A stretch of DNA of 64,000 nt from Thermoplasmatota archaeon (GCA_965234725.1 CBDDUX010000040.1:45660-109659); one strand, 5' to 3'; shown: positions 8,858 to 18,877, numbered from the stretch's first letter. Numbers and translations are program-made. Notes: generated by a model not told the origin, from the sequence alone.

Positions 8858-10492
8858 ATGTTTTGCAACCAGTGTCAGGAAACTTTGAAGAATGAAGGGT
8901 GCACCCAGAGAGGTGTTTGTGGGAAGACAGATGATATAGCCAATTTTCAGGACCTAATGATCCATTGTATGCGTGGTGTTTCATACTTTCAGGTCCTTAA
9001 GAGAGAAGAAGGTCATCCCGACAAGGATGCAAATGAGATCATCATGGAAGCTCTCTTTGCAACCATTACCAATGCTAATTTCGATAGGAACAGAATGATA
9101 GGGTTCATTCAGGATTCTATAAAGATCAGGGACAGGTTGAGGAAGGAACTGGAAGGAACAGGGCATGAATTCCAGGACCTCCCGGACCATGCGGTCTGGA
9201 AATTTGAAGATGAGGAACAGGCCCTTGAGAAGTCAAGGACCATTGGTCATCTGTCCATAGAGAACGAGGATATCAGGTCCCTGTCATTGTTGTTGCTTTA
9301 TGGTGTCAAAGGGATCTCAGCCTATCTTCATCATGCATATGTGATCGATTCCACAGATGAGGATATCTTCGCTTTCATGAACAAGGGTCTCCTGGCATAC
9401 AGGGATCCTGGAATGGATATTGGATCTTTATTGAACCTTGTAATGGAATGTGGCGAGATCGGTGTCAAAACAATGGCATTACTTGACGAGGCGAACACCT
9501 CCAAATATGGAGTACCCACACCTCATAAAGTAAACATCGGGGTGAGGAACAATCCAGGCATCCTGATATCCGGTCATGATCTGAAGGACCTTGAAGAACT
9601 GCTAGAGCAGACAAAAGGTACAGGTATCGATGTGTATTCACATGGTGAGATGCTACCGGCAAATTACTACCCATTCTTCGAGAAGTATGACAATCTGGTA
9701 GGTAATTACGGAAGCTCCTGGTGGTATCAGATCAGGGATTTCGAGACCTTCAAGGGTCCAGTACTGCTAACGACCAACTGTCTTGTCCCTCCTCTTCCTT
9801 CCTACAAGGATAGGGTTTACACAACCGGTACAGTCGGATTCGAAGGAGTTCCCCATATACCTGACAGAGAACCGGGAAAGACGAAGGATTTCTCTTCTAT
9901 CATTGAACATGCCAGGAAATGTGACCCTCCACAGGAGCTTGAGACCGGTGAGATCGTCGGAGGTTTCAACCACAGGACCCTTTGGGATGTCAAGGACAAG
10001 GTCCTGGAAGCTGTGACAACTGGCAAGATAAAGAAGTTCTTCGTAATGGCGGGATGTGACGGTAGACACAAGTCAAGGGAATATTATTCGGAATTTGCGA
10101 AGGCCCTTCCCAAGGATGCTGTCATCCTGACTGCTGGTTGTGCAAAATTCAGGTATAATAAATTGATAAAGGATGATATCAACGGTATCCCCAGGGTCAT
10201 TGACGCGGGTCAGTGCAACGATTCCTACTCTCTTGCAGCCTTTGCTTTGAAACTTGCCGACCACCTTGGAGTGGATGTCAACGAGCTACCCATCGAATAC
10301 AATATCGCATGGTATGAACAGAAAGCTGTCCTTGTTCTTCTGGCTCTCCTTTCATTGGGTGTAAAGAACATTCGTCTGGGACCAACCCTTCCAGCTTTTG
10401 TATCACCAACTGTCCTGAACGTTCTTGTGGAGAAGTTCCAGCTGGGTCCGAATACAACCGTTGAGCAGGACCTTGCTGAGATGATGGCTTGA
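8858..10492 (+). CDS. hcp: Hybrid cluster protein (hydroxylamine reductase)
   Basis: [66 protein letters not shown] before ATG 8858. Confidence 0.97.
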   Translation: MFCNQCQETLKNEGCTQRGVCGKTDDIANFQDLMIHCMRGVSYFQVLKREEGHPDKDANEIIMEALFATITNANFDRNRMIGFIQDSIKIRDRLRKELEGTGHEFQDLPDHAVWKFEDEEQALEKSRTIGHLSIENEDIRSLSLLLLYGVKGISAYLHHAYVIDSTDEDIFAFMNKGLLAYRDPGMDIGSLLNLVMECGEIGVKTMALLDEANTSKYGVPTPHKVNIGVRNNPGILISGHDLKDLEELLEQTKGTGIDVYSHGEMLPANYYPFFEKYDNLVGNYGSSWWYQIRDFETFKGPVLLTTNCLVPPLPSYKDRVYTTGTVGFEGVPHIPDREPGKTKDFSSIIEHARKCDPPQELETGEIVGGFNHRTLWDVKDKVLEAVTTGKIKKFFVMAGCDGRHKSREYYSEFAKALPKDAVILTAGCAKFRYNKLIKDDINGIPRVIDAGQCNDSYSLAAFALKLADHLGVDVNELPIEYNIAWYEQKAVLVLLALLSLGVKNIRLGPTLPAFVSPTVLNVLVEKFQLGPNTTVEQDLAEMMA

Positions 10493-10513
10493 GAAATTAT
10501 TGGTGGTGATATT

Positions 10514-10852
10514 GTGGAGATCGTAGTCCCGGAAGATTTGGATGTAAAACAGACCCCCCACAAGGTGGATGTAAGGTCCCTTTACGACCATGAGAATGCA
10601 CATGCGGTCCTCATCACCTTGAAGGAGGGGGAATCCCTCCTTCCCCACATCACTCCTGTGGATGTTTTCTTTTTCATCCACAGGGGGAAGGGGCAGGTAA
10701 TGGTGGGTGATGAGGTGAAGGATGTAAGAGAAGGAATGCTAATTAAAAGCCCCAAGGACATTGTTCATTCCCTCATAAATCAAAAGGATCCTATTTTTCA
10801 GGTTCTAGTTGTCAAAGCTCCAAGGCCCACGGATAAGACAAGGATCATTTGA
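10514..10852 (+). CDS. Cupin domain protein
   Basis: LKEGESLLPHITPVDVFFFIHRGKG...PKDIVHSL two-motif cupin; follows hcp. Confidence 0.85.
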   Translation: MEIVVPEDLDVKQTPHKVDVRSLYDHENAHAVLITLKEGESLLPHITPVDVFFFIHRGKGQVMVGDEVKDVREGMLIKSPKDIVHSLINQKDPIFQVLVVKAPRPTDKTRII

Positions 10853-10853
10853 A
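10809..10853 (+). repeat. Direct repeat copy 1 (3' end of cupin gene)
   Basis: ttgtcaaagctccaaggcccacggataagacaaggatcatttgaa; 42/45 identical to 14819-14863. Confidence 0.9.
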
Positions 10854-11012
10854 AGGACCTTCGCTTTTATGGGGATAGTAAAAGAATCATTCCAATCCTT
10901 ATTTGTAGATAAGTTTGAAATAATATCTTTATGTTTGATAGAACTGTAAGATTAATATTATGGGGGGGATGTTAAGATCATATCCTAGAGGCGAATGTTT
11001 TTCAAGTTCTAA

Positions 11013-11159
11013 ATGGTCCTAACCCTGGTTCCTTTGCTAATGCTTCCATTATCAAACCTTTTGATCCAGGGAGAAGGTACTGCTGAATCGGGTCGACCTC
11101 CAACACCTCCGAGGAATCTGTAGGGATTTTTAGTAAAAGATGCGTTTCAATTCACCTAA
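11013..11159 (+). pseudogene. Remnant of a signal-peptide + FN3-type gene
   Basis: MVLTLVPLLMLPLSNLLIQGEGTAESGRPPTPPRNL*GFLVKDAFQFT*; PPTPPRNL resembles an FN3 domain start. Confidence 0.45.
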
Positions 11160-11230
11160 ATAGACAATATTGAAATAGTGTTGACATTGTTTAAACGATT
11201 GCAGGTTCACGGAAGAAAGGAGATATCCTG

Positions 11231-12403
11231 ATGATCAAGATAATTAGAAGATCATTTCACCTGATCCCCTTGATCACTCTAATTTCACTTTCCTTTTCCT
11301 CTGGCCTTTATGTTTCCAATTCAAAAGCCGAGGATCAAGAGGATGTTGGATTGCATGTTCCCAATGTTCCCCTGAATCCTGTTGGTTTTGCAGAGATCGA
11401 ATATTGTGAATTGACCTGGGATCCTCCGATGGGACATGAGAATAATTCCTTGATCGGTTACAGAATATACCGTGGAACTACATACAACAGTGATCATTTT
11501 TTCAAGGATATCGGACCAAATGAAACCAGATTCGTTGACACAGATGTCCATTTTGTAGGAGGATATTACTACTGGGTTTCAGCATTCAATTCCCATGGTG
11601 AATCTGACAAGGTTAAATTCGATTGGTTACTACCAATATTACCTCCTACGAAACCAGGTAATGTAAAGATCACTAAGTCAGAAGATAGTTTGAAGTTGGA
11701 GTGGAAAAAATCGTCTCAGAATGTAAAGTTCAAGGTTCAATATTTGATCATGAGGTCTACTAATTATGAAGAGAGATTCAGCAACATCGGAATTGTGAAC
11801 CACAATCATATGGCCGAAATCCATTACTTTTATGATTCTTATTTGATCAGAGGGAATACATATTCATACAAGATAATTGCAGAGAACGATCATGGATTGA
11901 GAAATGAAAGTGAGGTAGTGACAATAGATCTCAAAGGACCTCCAACAAGTGTTAACGGATTATATGTAAGAGATACTGAAAACTCTATCACTTTAATGTG
12001 GGATAAACCTGCCAATAATGGGGGAAGCGACGTCCTGGGTTATATTATACAGAAGGGAAGGAATTATGACGATCAGGTCGAAGTTGACAGACTTCCTGCT
12101 GATGTGAGGACCTGGGAAGACCCCGATCCATGGACAGACAGACCAAATTACTACCTGGTCATTCCCTATAATATTCATGGAGAAGGGGATGAATATCATG
12201 CTTATGCTGATCTTTCAGATGATGAGATCCCGGAGGATATGATAAGCTGTTTCGCTGTATTATTTGCTATTATGATCATTCCTGGATTCATTACCGCAGC
12301 TATAGCCCAAGGTTATGATAAGAAGAAAAGAAATGAGAAAAAGGAGAAAATGGAAGCAGAACTTGAAGGAAAGGGAATTGAAAATAAGACGGAGGAGAAA
12401 TAA
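11231..12403 (+). CDS. Secreted fibronectin type III repeat protein (3 FN3) with C-terminal TM anchor
   Basis: LTWDPP..GYRIYRG..YYYWVSAFN..GES; LEWK..YSYKIIAEN; LMWDKPANNGGSDVLGYII; TM near the end. Confidence 0.9.
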   Translation: MIKIIRRSFHLIPLITLISLSFSSGLYVSNSKAEDQEDVGLHVPNVPLNPVGFAEIEYCELTWDPPMGHENNSLIGYRIYRGTTYNSDHFFKDIGPNETRFVDTDVHFVGGYYYWVSAFNSHGESDKVKFDWLLPILPPTKPGNVKITKSEDSLKLEWKKSSQNVKFKVQYLIMRSTNYEERFSNIGIVNHNHMAEIHYFYDSYLIRGNTYSYKIIAENDHGLRNESEVVTIDLKGPPTSVNGLYVRDTENSITLMWDKPANNGGSDVLGYIIQKGRNYDDQVEVDRLPADVRTWEDPDPWTDRPNYYLVIPYNIHGEGDEYHAYADLSDDEIPEDMISCFAVLFAIMIIPGFITAAIAQGYDKKKRNEKKEKMEAELEGKGIENKTEEK

Positions 12404-13038
12404 TGGTATCCAGGAGAATATCTATCCTGATATCCGCTCTCCTTCTTGTATTGATATTGATCCCTGGTTCACAAGGAGCCTCATCTTCGGAGGTATATAC
12501 CTTTGAAACCACAAATGTAAGTGGGAATACTATCCTCTCCATGTCAGTTCCTGATGTGATATATCAGGATATCAGTATTGTATTCGATATCATGGAGATT
12601 GACAGAAATGTGACTAGCATAGATTTTACAATGACAAATGGTGAATTGGGATATCTCGACGAATATGATATGGAGAGATCAGCAAAGCATCCAGATGCAT
12701 ATTAAAGGTGGGATGGCCAAGAGAATGGTGACCTTTTAGGTACCGATAACAGCTATAGAGAGACTGTTGGATTCATCATATATGGAGAATATCTGGACAA
12801 AGATTTTGAAATGATCCTGAATTTACAGATAAAAAACGGATCCCAGGTCCTCTATACCGAGACACATTCATTTTGGGTAATCGGGGAACCAATTGTCATT
12901 GAAGGTTACGATCCGAATGGGGATCTGGACTTATTCAATATGTATACGACGGTTTTCGTTATCTCTCTAGCAATTTGGATCGTTATCATCTTCTTTGCAA
13001 TTCTTATTAGAAAGATTGTGAAGGGGGAGAGAAAATGA
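12403..13038 (+). pseudogene. Secreted membrane-anchored protein interrupted by one in-frame TAA (12703-12705)
   Basis: ORFs 12403-12705 and 12811-13038 share a frame and the interval is open except for one TAA; signal peptide in the first part, TM anchor in the second. Confidence 0.75.
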
Positions 13039-13808
13039 TAGAGTTGTGTCTTCTACTCATTTTTACATCACCCTTCATCTATTACGGAGTAGCCATCAAT
13101 TATTACCTTAAGAATAAAGAAGCCAGGACCTTCTTACAGTTAGTGGTCTTCCCACTCCCAGCCATGGTTTTCATCAGTTTTCTTCTCTATGAATTATTCA
13201 AAAGCCCAGACCACTATGATAAGCTAATAAACATCCTCATATGGATCACAGTTCCAATTGGATTGGGGATAATTGTCCATGCTATCTTTGAAAAGGACCT
13301 GTCAAGATTCTCCTTTCTCACAAGGATACCATCGGCTTTGATCCTGATCTTTATTCCATTTATTATCTTCGAACCTGATCTATTTGAGATGATAGCTCCA
13401 TGGGCTTTTGCAGTTGCTGGAGCATTGATTGGGATCTATGGTTATGTAAAATTTTACAAGGGAAAGAAGATAGGGCTTCTGTATGGATATCTGGCTATCT
13501 TCTTTTTTGTTGCAGCACCTTTGATCTGCATGGCGATCTCAATAGCATATTTCGAGATAGCGAAGGATAATGTGATCTACAGAAGGTCCAGCTGGGGGAG
13601 TGAATCATGTCATGATGTTGCATTTCCAATTTTCATATTGGAAGAAGGATTCATCAAACCTCTTCTTTTTTCAGCCGGATATCTTGGTCTGATGGGTATT
13701 GTTGCAGGAATCAGAAAGAAGGCACTTGAGAAGGAGCTAAGGAAAGAAGGATTGATCCCGGAAGAATTCGATAAGGTTCTGAAGGCGAAGGAGAAGGATG
13801 ATGACTAA
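13035..13808 (+). CDS. Polytopic membrane protein (about 7 TM), unknown function
   Basis: Multiple hydrophobic segments; overlaps both neighbours. Confidence 0.75.
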   Translation: MIELCLLLIFTSPFIYYGVAINYYLKNKEARTFLQLVVFPLPAMVFISFLLYELFKSPDHYDKLINILIWITVPIGLGIIVHAIFEKDLSRFSFLTRIPSALILIFIPFIIFEPDLFEMIAPWAFAVAGALIGIYGYVKFYKGKKIGLLYGYLAIFFFVAAPLICMAISIAYFEIAKDNVIYRRSSWGSESCHDVAFPIFILEEGFIKPLLFSAGYLGLMGIVAGIRKKALEKELRKEGLIPEEFDKVLKAKEKDDD

Positions 13809-14793
13809 GATCACTCTCATTCAGGTCGTTCTTGAGGTAACTTACAGATGCGATTCAGCCTGTGTATTCTGTTACAACTGCTGGAAAGATGATTATGATC
13901 CAGGTCCTGAGTTGAGTGTTGATGAATGGCGACCATTGATAGAGAAGATGCCGGATGTTAAAAGATATACAATTTCAGGTGGAGAACCTCTTCTGAGAAA
14001 GGACCTTTTCGATCTGATCGACCTTCTTCAGGAGAAGGTCGAACACGTTTCTGTATTGACAAATGGTATCCTGCTAGATGATAAGTGGGCAAAGGGATTC
14101 AAGAAGAGAGGGGTTTTTGTTCAGGTTCCTCTTCATGGATTAGAACAGACCCATGATGAATTGGTCGGTGTGAAAGGTGGATTCAGAAAGGCTGTGAGAG
14201 GGATAGCTTATCTGAAGAAACATGGACTTGATTATGCCGTATCCGTTGTTGGTAATAAGAAAAATATTGGTGAGATCAAGAAAGTATTCGAACTTGGGGT
14301 TGCTCTTGGAGCTTCTGAACTGTTGGCCATCAGGTTCCTCCCCGGAGGAGAGGGATTGAGAAACACTGACCTCATGTTGAATGCTGAAGAATACGGAAGA
14401 TTTTTATTTGAATTCGACAAGATCCTGAACCGATACAGGATTTATGGAAACATGGGTGTCCCGAACATACCCTGTAAATTCCCAGAGGATAAGTTCAAAG
14501 CTCTTTATATGACGGGTTGTAGCGCTGGTGTAAATTGGGTGACTCTGGATCCAACAGGTAGAGTCCGGGTATGCAATCATTCCCCTACCATTCTCGGTGA
14601 CCTGAGAGAACAGGATTTCGAAGAGATATGGGAAAATCCGATCCTGAAAGAATTCAGGGATGGAAAGATGATACCAAAAGAATGCAATGGCTGTGATAAG
14701 ATTGATAAATGCAGAGGAGGGTGTAGAGCAGTCGCTGAAACCCTTTATGGAGATTGGAAAGCTCCCGATCCATTATTCAAATTATTGCCGTGA
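13798..14793 (+). CDS. Radical SAM protein with SPASM domain
   Basis: CDSACVFC, SGGEPL, C-terminal CSAG..DPTGRVRVC..CNGC..CRGGCRA..GDWKAPDP. Confidence 0.93.
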   Translation: MMTKITLIQVVLEVTYRCDSACVFCYNCWKDDYDPGPELSVDEWRPLIEKMPDVKRYTISGGEPLLRKDLFDLIDLLQEKVEHVSVLTNGILLDDKWAKGFKKRGVFVQVPLHGLEQTHDELVGVKGGFRKAVRGIAYLKKHGLDYAVSVVGNKKNIGEIKKVFELGVALGASELLAIRFLPGGEGLRNTDLMLNAEEYGRFLFEFDKILNRYRIYGNMGVPNIPCKFPEDKFKALYMTGCSAGVNWVTLDPTGRVRVCNHSPTILGDLREQDFEEIWENPILKEFRDGKMIPKECNGCDKIDKCRGGCRAVAETLYGDWKAPDPLFKLLP

Positions 14794-14818
14794 AAAATAA
14801 TGAATGTATTAAGAGTCC

Positions 14819-14863
14819 TTGTGAAAGCTCCAAGACCCACGGATAAGACAAGGATCCTTTGAA
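14819..14863 (+). repeat. Direct repeat copy 2 (orphan cupin 3' end)
   Basis: ttgtgaaagctccaagacccacggataagacaaggatcctttgaa; still reads VKAPRPTDKTRIL*. Confidence 0.9.
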
Positions 14864-15001
14864 TTCTTCTACATTATTAACAAGCTTTAGACCAGTCCCA
14901 ATGGGAAATGAAAATGATTTTTCTTTATAATAATTCAATATTCCCTATCCATCATGTTGGAAAAAGATTATTATATTCCTAAGCACAATGGATATGTTGA
15001 G

Positions 15002-15088
15002 ATGTCCGAAGACGAAAGAAAACGAGATCTTGAGGTGATCAGGAAACTCCTTGACGAGCATGAGGATATGCTCGTTTCATTGAGTTAA
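15002..15088 (+). CDS. 28-aa acidic amphipathic peptide, putative Doc/Fic antitoxin
   Basis: MSEDERKRDLEVIRKLLDEHEDMLVSLS*; purine-rich BRE + TTATAT box about 26 nt upstream; stop overlaps the Fic gene stop at TTAA. Confidence 0.55.
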   Translation: MSEDERKRDLEVIRKLLDEHEDMLVSLS

Positions 15089-15528
15089 ATCAAATGCTCC
15101 TCAATGAATTCTCTACATAGTTCATCCACATCATTTCTTTCTTCTACAAGCACATCAACACTATGTGATCCGTAGTGTCCGTATGTTTTCAATCTCAGAG
15201 AATACATTTTTTTCTGGAATTCCACTGCATCCGTATCAGAATAATGCAGATTTCTACCGTTTTTAATAAGGAAAAGTGTTGCCGAGATCAAAGCTGTTCT
15301 ATGGTTTGCGTCAGGAAACGATTGGAGAAGAATGATATTCTTAAGATAATAAGAAGCAATATTGATGAGATCTCCATCTGGCGAATATCTTATCAAGCAT
15401 TCTATGTTTGATTTGAGAATCGGATATTCGAATCTGCTTCCATATTCAATCTGATCGTTTTCGAGAGACCTCTGATATATCTCCTCATTGATGTCGATGA
15501 TCGTCTCCAATTCCAGTTTCTCAATCAT
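15085..15528 (-). CDS. Fic/Doc family protein with variant active-site motif
   Basis: ASYYLKNIILLQSFPDANHRTA resembles the Doc-type HxFxDANKRTA motif. Confidence 0.85.
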   Translation of the reverse strand: MIEKLELETIIDINEEIYQRSLENDQIEYGSRFEYPILKSNIECLIRYSPDGDLINIASYYLKNIILLQSFPDANHRTALISATLFLIKNGRNLHYSDTDAVEFQKKMYSLRLKTYGHYGSHSVDVLVEERNDVDELCREFIEEHLI

Positions 15529-15672
15529 CAATAGAAAAGGAGAATGTAGATAATAAAAGTGTGTCAATATAATTGAAGGGTCACATTTCCAAAATATTAT
15601 ATGCCAAACCGATCATAATGATATTGGAATTTGAGTTGAGAGTTCCAATTCGATCGTGCATGGTGATCAATA

Positions 15673-17784
15673 TTGGGAGATGTTAGAAGATCCGCATATA
15701 GAGAACCGGTCACACCCGAAGGTATTCGGGGAATCGAGAACAGGACCCTTGAGAGGTTCGACGATGATATGTTCGCCAATCTCAATACCGGGGTCCTTGA
15801 ACAGTATCTTGAGGACAGGAACCGGACGGAGTCGTTTGAATTATCTCATTTCAACCTGAAAAAGGTCCTGTTGATGATCATTTTGGTAGGGCTACCGTTC
15901 ACTTTGATCACCCAGTACGCGACCCTAAAAACCGGTGTAATGCTCGGCGGGGCCTTCTATATTACTTACATCATCGGTCTGGGATTGAAATGGTCCCCCA
16001 CTGAGATCAATATTTCAGCAGGAGCTGCAACAGCCGCTGAGAAGACGATTACAGGTTTCGTTTTCACTTTTCCTGCGATCTACATCCTTGCTAGTGCAGG
16101 ATTCCTGGGCGATTATGAGATTGTAAGCGGTGGAAGTTTCTCTTCCTTTCCTATGATGATGTTGATAATCATCTGTTCAATAGTATCATCATTCCTTGGA
16201 TTGATGTACATGGTGGTCCTGAGAAGATTATGGATCGTCGAGGACCCCCTTCCCACCCCTGGATTCCAGGCAACCGTAAAGTTACTGCACATATCAGATA
16301 CAATTAGATTGGGTGGAACTTACGAATTGAAAGGAACATTTAAAAAGATCGGGTATTCCGTACTTGGAATGGTATTACTTGGTACAGTTACAGACCTTCC
16401 ATTGATCAAGATAGGGAAATATGTCAAACCATTGATAGATGGACTTTTCCATTCTGTTAACCTTGGTAGATGGATCAATGATGGTATTATAAGGACCCCT
16501 CCAAGGGTATCGGTCCTTTCTCGACCTTCGTTTGAGATCTCCGGTCTTCTATTTGCAGTAGGCTGGTTCTTGAGAAAAAAAGGAGCTGCAGTGATACTTT
16601 TTGGATCACTACTCTCCTGGTTCGTTATGGTCCCATCAGCAGTGATCCTTGGTCTTCCCATCGAGGTCAACCCTATAGATGATTCAGGGCCAATGACCAT
16701 TAGACTTAATGATCTAAGCTATAATGACTTCCCACTTTTTGGGTTAAATATCAACTCTTCTGTCTCCGAGGTAGCTTTTGGTAATTATATTCATCCAGTT
16801 GCAATTGGTGTGATCCTGGGAGCAGGATTGGTGGCAATATTCAAGGTACTTCCTGGATTGACCTCTATCCTTAGAAGGTCAAGAAAAACCGATTCAATGG
16901 GAGATCCAGGAATTGAAAGAAACGAAGAGAGATATGAAGTGCCGAAGAGATTCGTCATCCCGGCTGTCCTTGCTGCTTTCCTTACGATCATATTGACTTT
17001 CCCATTGTTTGGTGGATTTGATATCTTCAGCTCCGTCATATTGGGTCTGGTCCTTATACCGATCACGATTTTTCTGAGTGCTGTTAGTGTTAAGATCATA
17101 GGAGAGATCGGTCTTTCTCCAACATCCATTATATCGATCCTCCTGGTATTCGTGCTCATTATTATCCTAAGGATGTTGTTATCACCTTCCGGTGATGAAA
17201 GATGGGATATTGTCCTAATGGTTCTCCTCTCAACAACAATATTTCTCTGCACAATGGCCCTATCCGCTGATCTGATCCTTGATTTCAAGGCTGGATTGTA
17301 TGCAGGAACAAGGCCCTATCATTTGATGAAAGGTCAAACAATTGGGATCTTGTTGGGTATCTCATTTGCGGGTTTCTTTGCTTACCTTTTATCTGGACTC
17401 GTTATTAAGGGCCCCGGATTGGCCCCTCAAGCAAGGATGCTTGCCGATACCGTGGTCTGGGTAATTAGCGGAGAAATACCATGGAATCTATTGGGTTTGG
17501 GTTTATTCATTGGTATCTTTGTTGAACTTCTGACCGGATTGGGAACTGCATTTGCCATCGGTATGTTCGTCCCATTCCAAATCCCTCTTGGAATATTTAT
17601 CGGAGCAGCGGGAAGGGACCTCTGGGAGAAGAAATGGTTGATGAAAAAGGCCCGGACATTCAGATGGACCGATCGGGAGATTACGATAAAGACCCTGGAT
17701 TCATACATGGTAATGGTCGGTCTGATCATCGGAGAGGCTCTTTTCGGGGCGGTCTCAGCAATTTTCCTGATATTGACAACCTGA
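15673..17784 (+). CDS. OPT/YSL family oligopeptide transporter
   Basis: YATLKTG, FTFPAIY, DFKAGLYAGTRP..GQ.IG, APQARMLA, FAIGMFVP, GLIIGEAL; many TMs. Confidence 0.88.
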   Translation: MGDVRRSAYREPVTPEGIRGIENRTLERFDDDMFANLNTGVLEQYLEDRNRTESFELSHFNLKKVLLMIILVGLPFTLITQYATLKTGVMLGGAFYITYIIGLGLKWSPTEINISAGAATAAEKTITGFVFTFPAIYILASAGFLGDYEIVSGGSFSSFPMMMLIIICSIVSSFLGLMYMVVLRRLWIVEDPLPTPGFQATVKLLHISDTIRLGGTYELKGTFKKIGYSVLGMVLLGTVTDLPLIKIGKYVKPLIDGLFHSVNLGRWINDGIIRTPPRVSVLSRPSFEISGLLFAVGWFLRKKGAAVILFGSLLSWFVMVPSAVILGLPIEVNPIDDSGPMTIRLNDLSYNDFPLFGLNINSSVSEVAFGNYIHPVAIGVILGAGLVAIFKVLPGLTSILRRSRKTDSMGDPGIERNEERYEVPKRFVIPAVLAAFLTIILTFPLFGGFDIFSSVILGLVLIPITIFLSAVSVKIIGEIGLSPTSIISILLVFVLIIILRMLLSPSGDERWDIVLMVLLSTTIFLCTMALSADLILDFKAGLYAGTRPYHLMKGQTIGILLGISFAGFFAYLLSGLVIKGPGLAPQARMLADTVVWVISGEIPWNLLGLGLFIGIFVELLTGLGTAFAIGMFVPFQIPLGIFIGAAGRDLWEKKWLMKKARTFRWTDREITIKTLDSYMVMVGLIIGEALFGAVSAIFLILTT

Positions 17785-17914
17785 AGGATCATATATACCA
17801 TATTCGAAAGAGAACTTGGAAGGAAGATCCATGATTTTCAAGGCATTGGTTTGATTTTTATACCTTATATCATATTCAAAATGGGAATGATCGAGGAAGG
17901 ATAACGGTGGTCCT

Positions 17915-18664
17915 GTGATATTGAGTGTAATCTCCTTGATATTGGGTCTGGTCCTTGCAGGTATATCATATGGATTCGGGATCGCTCGATTGAGGAAATG
18001 GAAGGCAATGAGGGATACACCGACCAGAAAAATAGTAGATATAGAGCCAGGAAGGGTCGAGGTGGAGGGGCGTCTTTCTCCTATTCCCGGAAGGCTCCTC
18101 AAAGGTCCTGTTTCGGGAAAACCATGCATCAGTTATGAGGTAAAGGTCCAGGAATATCATTCCAGTAAGAACGGGGGTCATTGGAGGACCATACACAAAG
18201 AGAGAGAAGGTGGTCCTTTCCTGTTGAAGGATGATTCCGGTATGGTCGTTGTGGATCCCAAGGGTGGGAAGATGAGATCGGTCCTTTCACTTTTTCAAAG
18301 ACAGGGGACATTCAGTGAACTGAATGATTCAGCCAGGACCTATCTCGAATCAAGGAAGATCAGGAAAGAAGGCTTTTTTGGTATTTTCAACAGGACACTC
18401 AGGATCCAGGAGAGTATAGTTCCTGTGGACAAATATCTCTATGTTCTCGGTGATGCCGTCGATATCGATATCCCGCGAGAGGTCAAGGATAACTACCTTG
18501 TCAATCCCTTCACGATCAAGAAACGTGATCTTATGGTCCTCTCATATAAAGAAGAGGAGAAGACCTCCAAGGACCTCTTAAGCGGATCTATTTTCTTGAT
18601 CATTCTTGGAACATTGGCATTGATCGGGGGAATATATTTGACCACTCTGTTCTGGGGAATCTGA
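17915..18664 (+). CDS. GIDE-domain membrane protein (no RING)
   Basis: N- and C-terminal TMs; DTPT..I....GRVEVEG, GPVSGKPC, W........PFLLKDDSG.V.VDP, ES.....LYVLG. Confidence 0.75.
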   Translation: MILSVISLILGLVLAGISYGFGIARLRKWKAMRDTPTRKIVDIEPGRVEVEGRLSPIPGRLLKGPVSGKPCISYEVKVQEYHSSKNGGHWRTIHKEREGGPFLLKDDSGMVVVDPKGGKMRSVLSLFQRQGTFSELNDSARTYLESRKIRKEGFFGIFNRTLRIQESIVPVDKYLYVLGDAVDIDIPREVKDNYLVNPFTIKKRDLMVLSYKEEEKTSKDLLSGSIFLIILGTLALIGGIYLTTLFWGI

Positions 18665-18877
18665 GATATGACCTTGGCATAAACACCGTTAATAACTTGA
18701 GAGTTCAGAAAGAAGAGGATTGATGAGTGGGATATAGATGAACGATCCAAGAAATCATCTGACGTCCATATTCAATACAATCAATAGGAATATTGAACAG
18801 AAACATTAAAAAAATGTCCATTTCCGTCACGAAGCCTCGGGGGGGAGTTAACTGTAAGAGGAGAGATTATTGTCTCA

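Noticed and set aside
11121-11123. In-frame TAG as pyrrolysine readthrough
   Set aside because: The frame closes again at a TAA 12 codons later, and there are no pyl genes in the window
14800-14862. 20-aa ORF after the radical SAM gene as a precursor peptide
   Set aside because: Better explained as the duplicated cupin 3' end
18720-18762. TTGATGA...AGATGA...CTGA possible C/D box sRNA
   Set aside because: Box spacing (8 and 17 nt) does not fit the archaeal dual-guide layout, and there is no D' box
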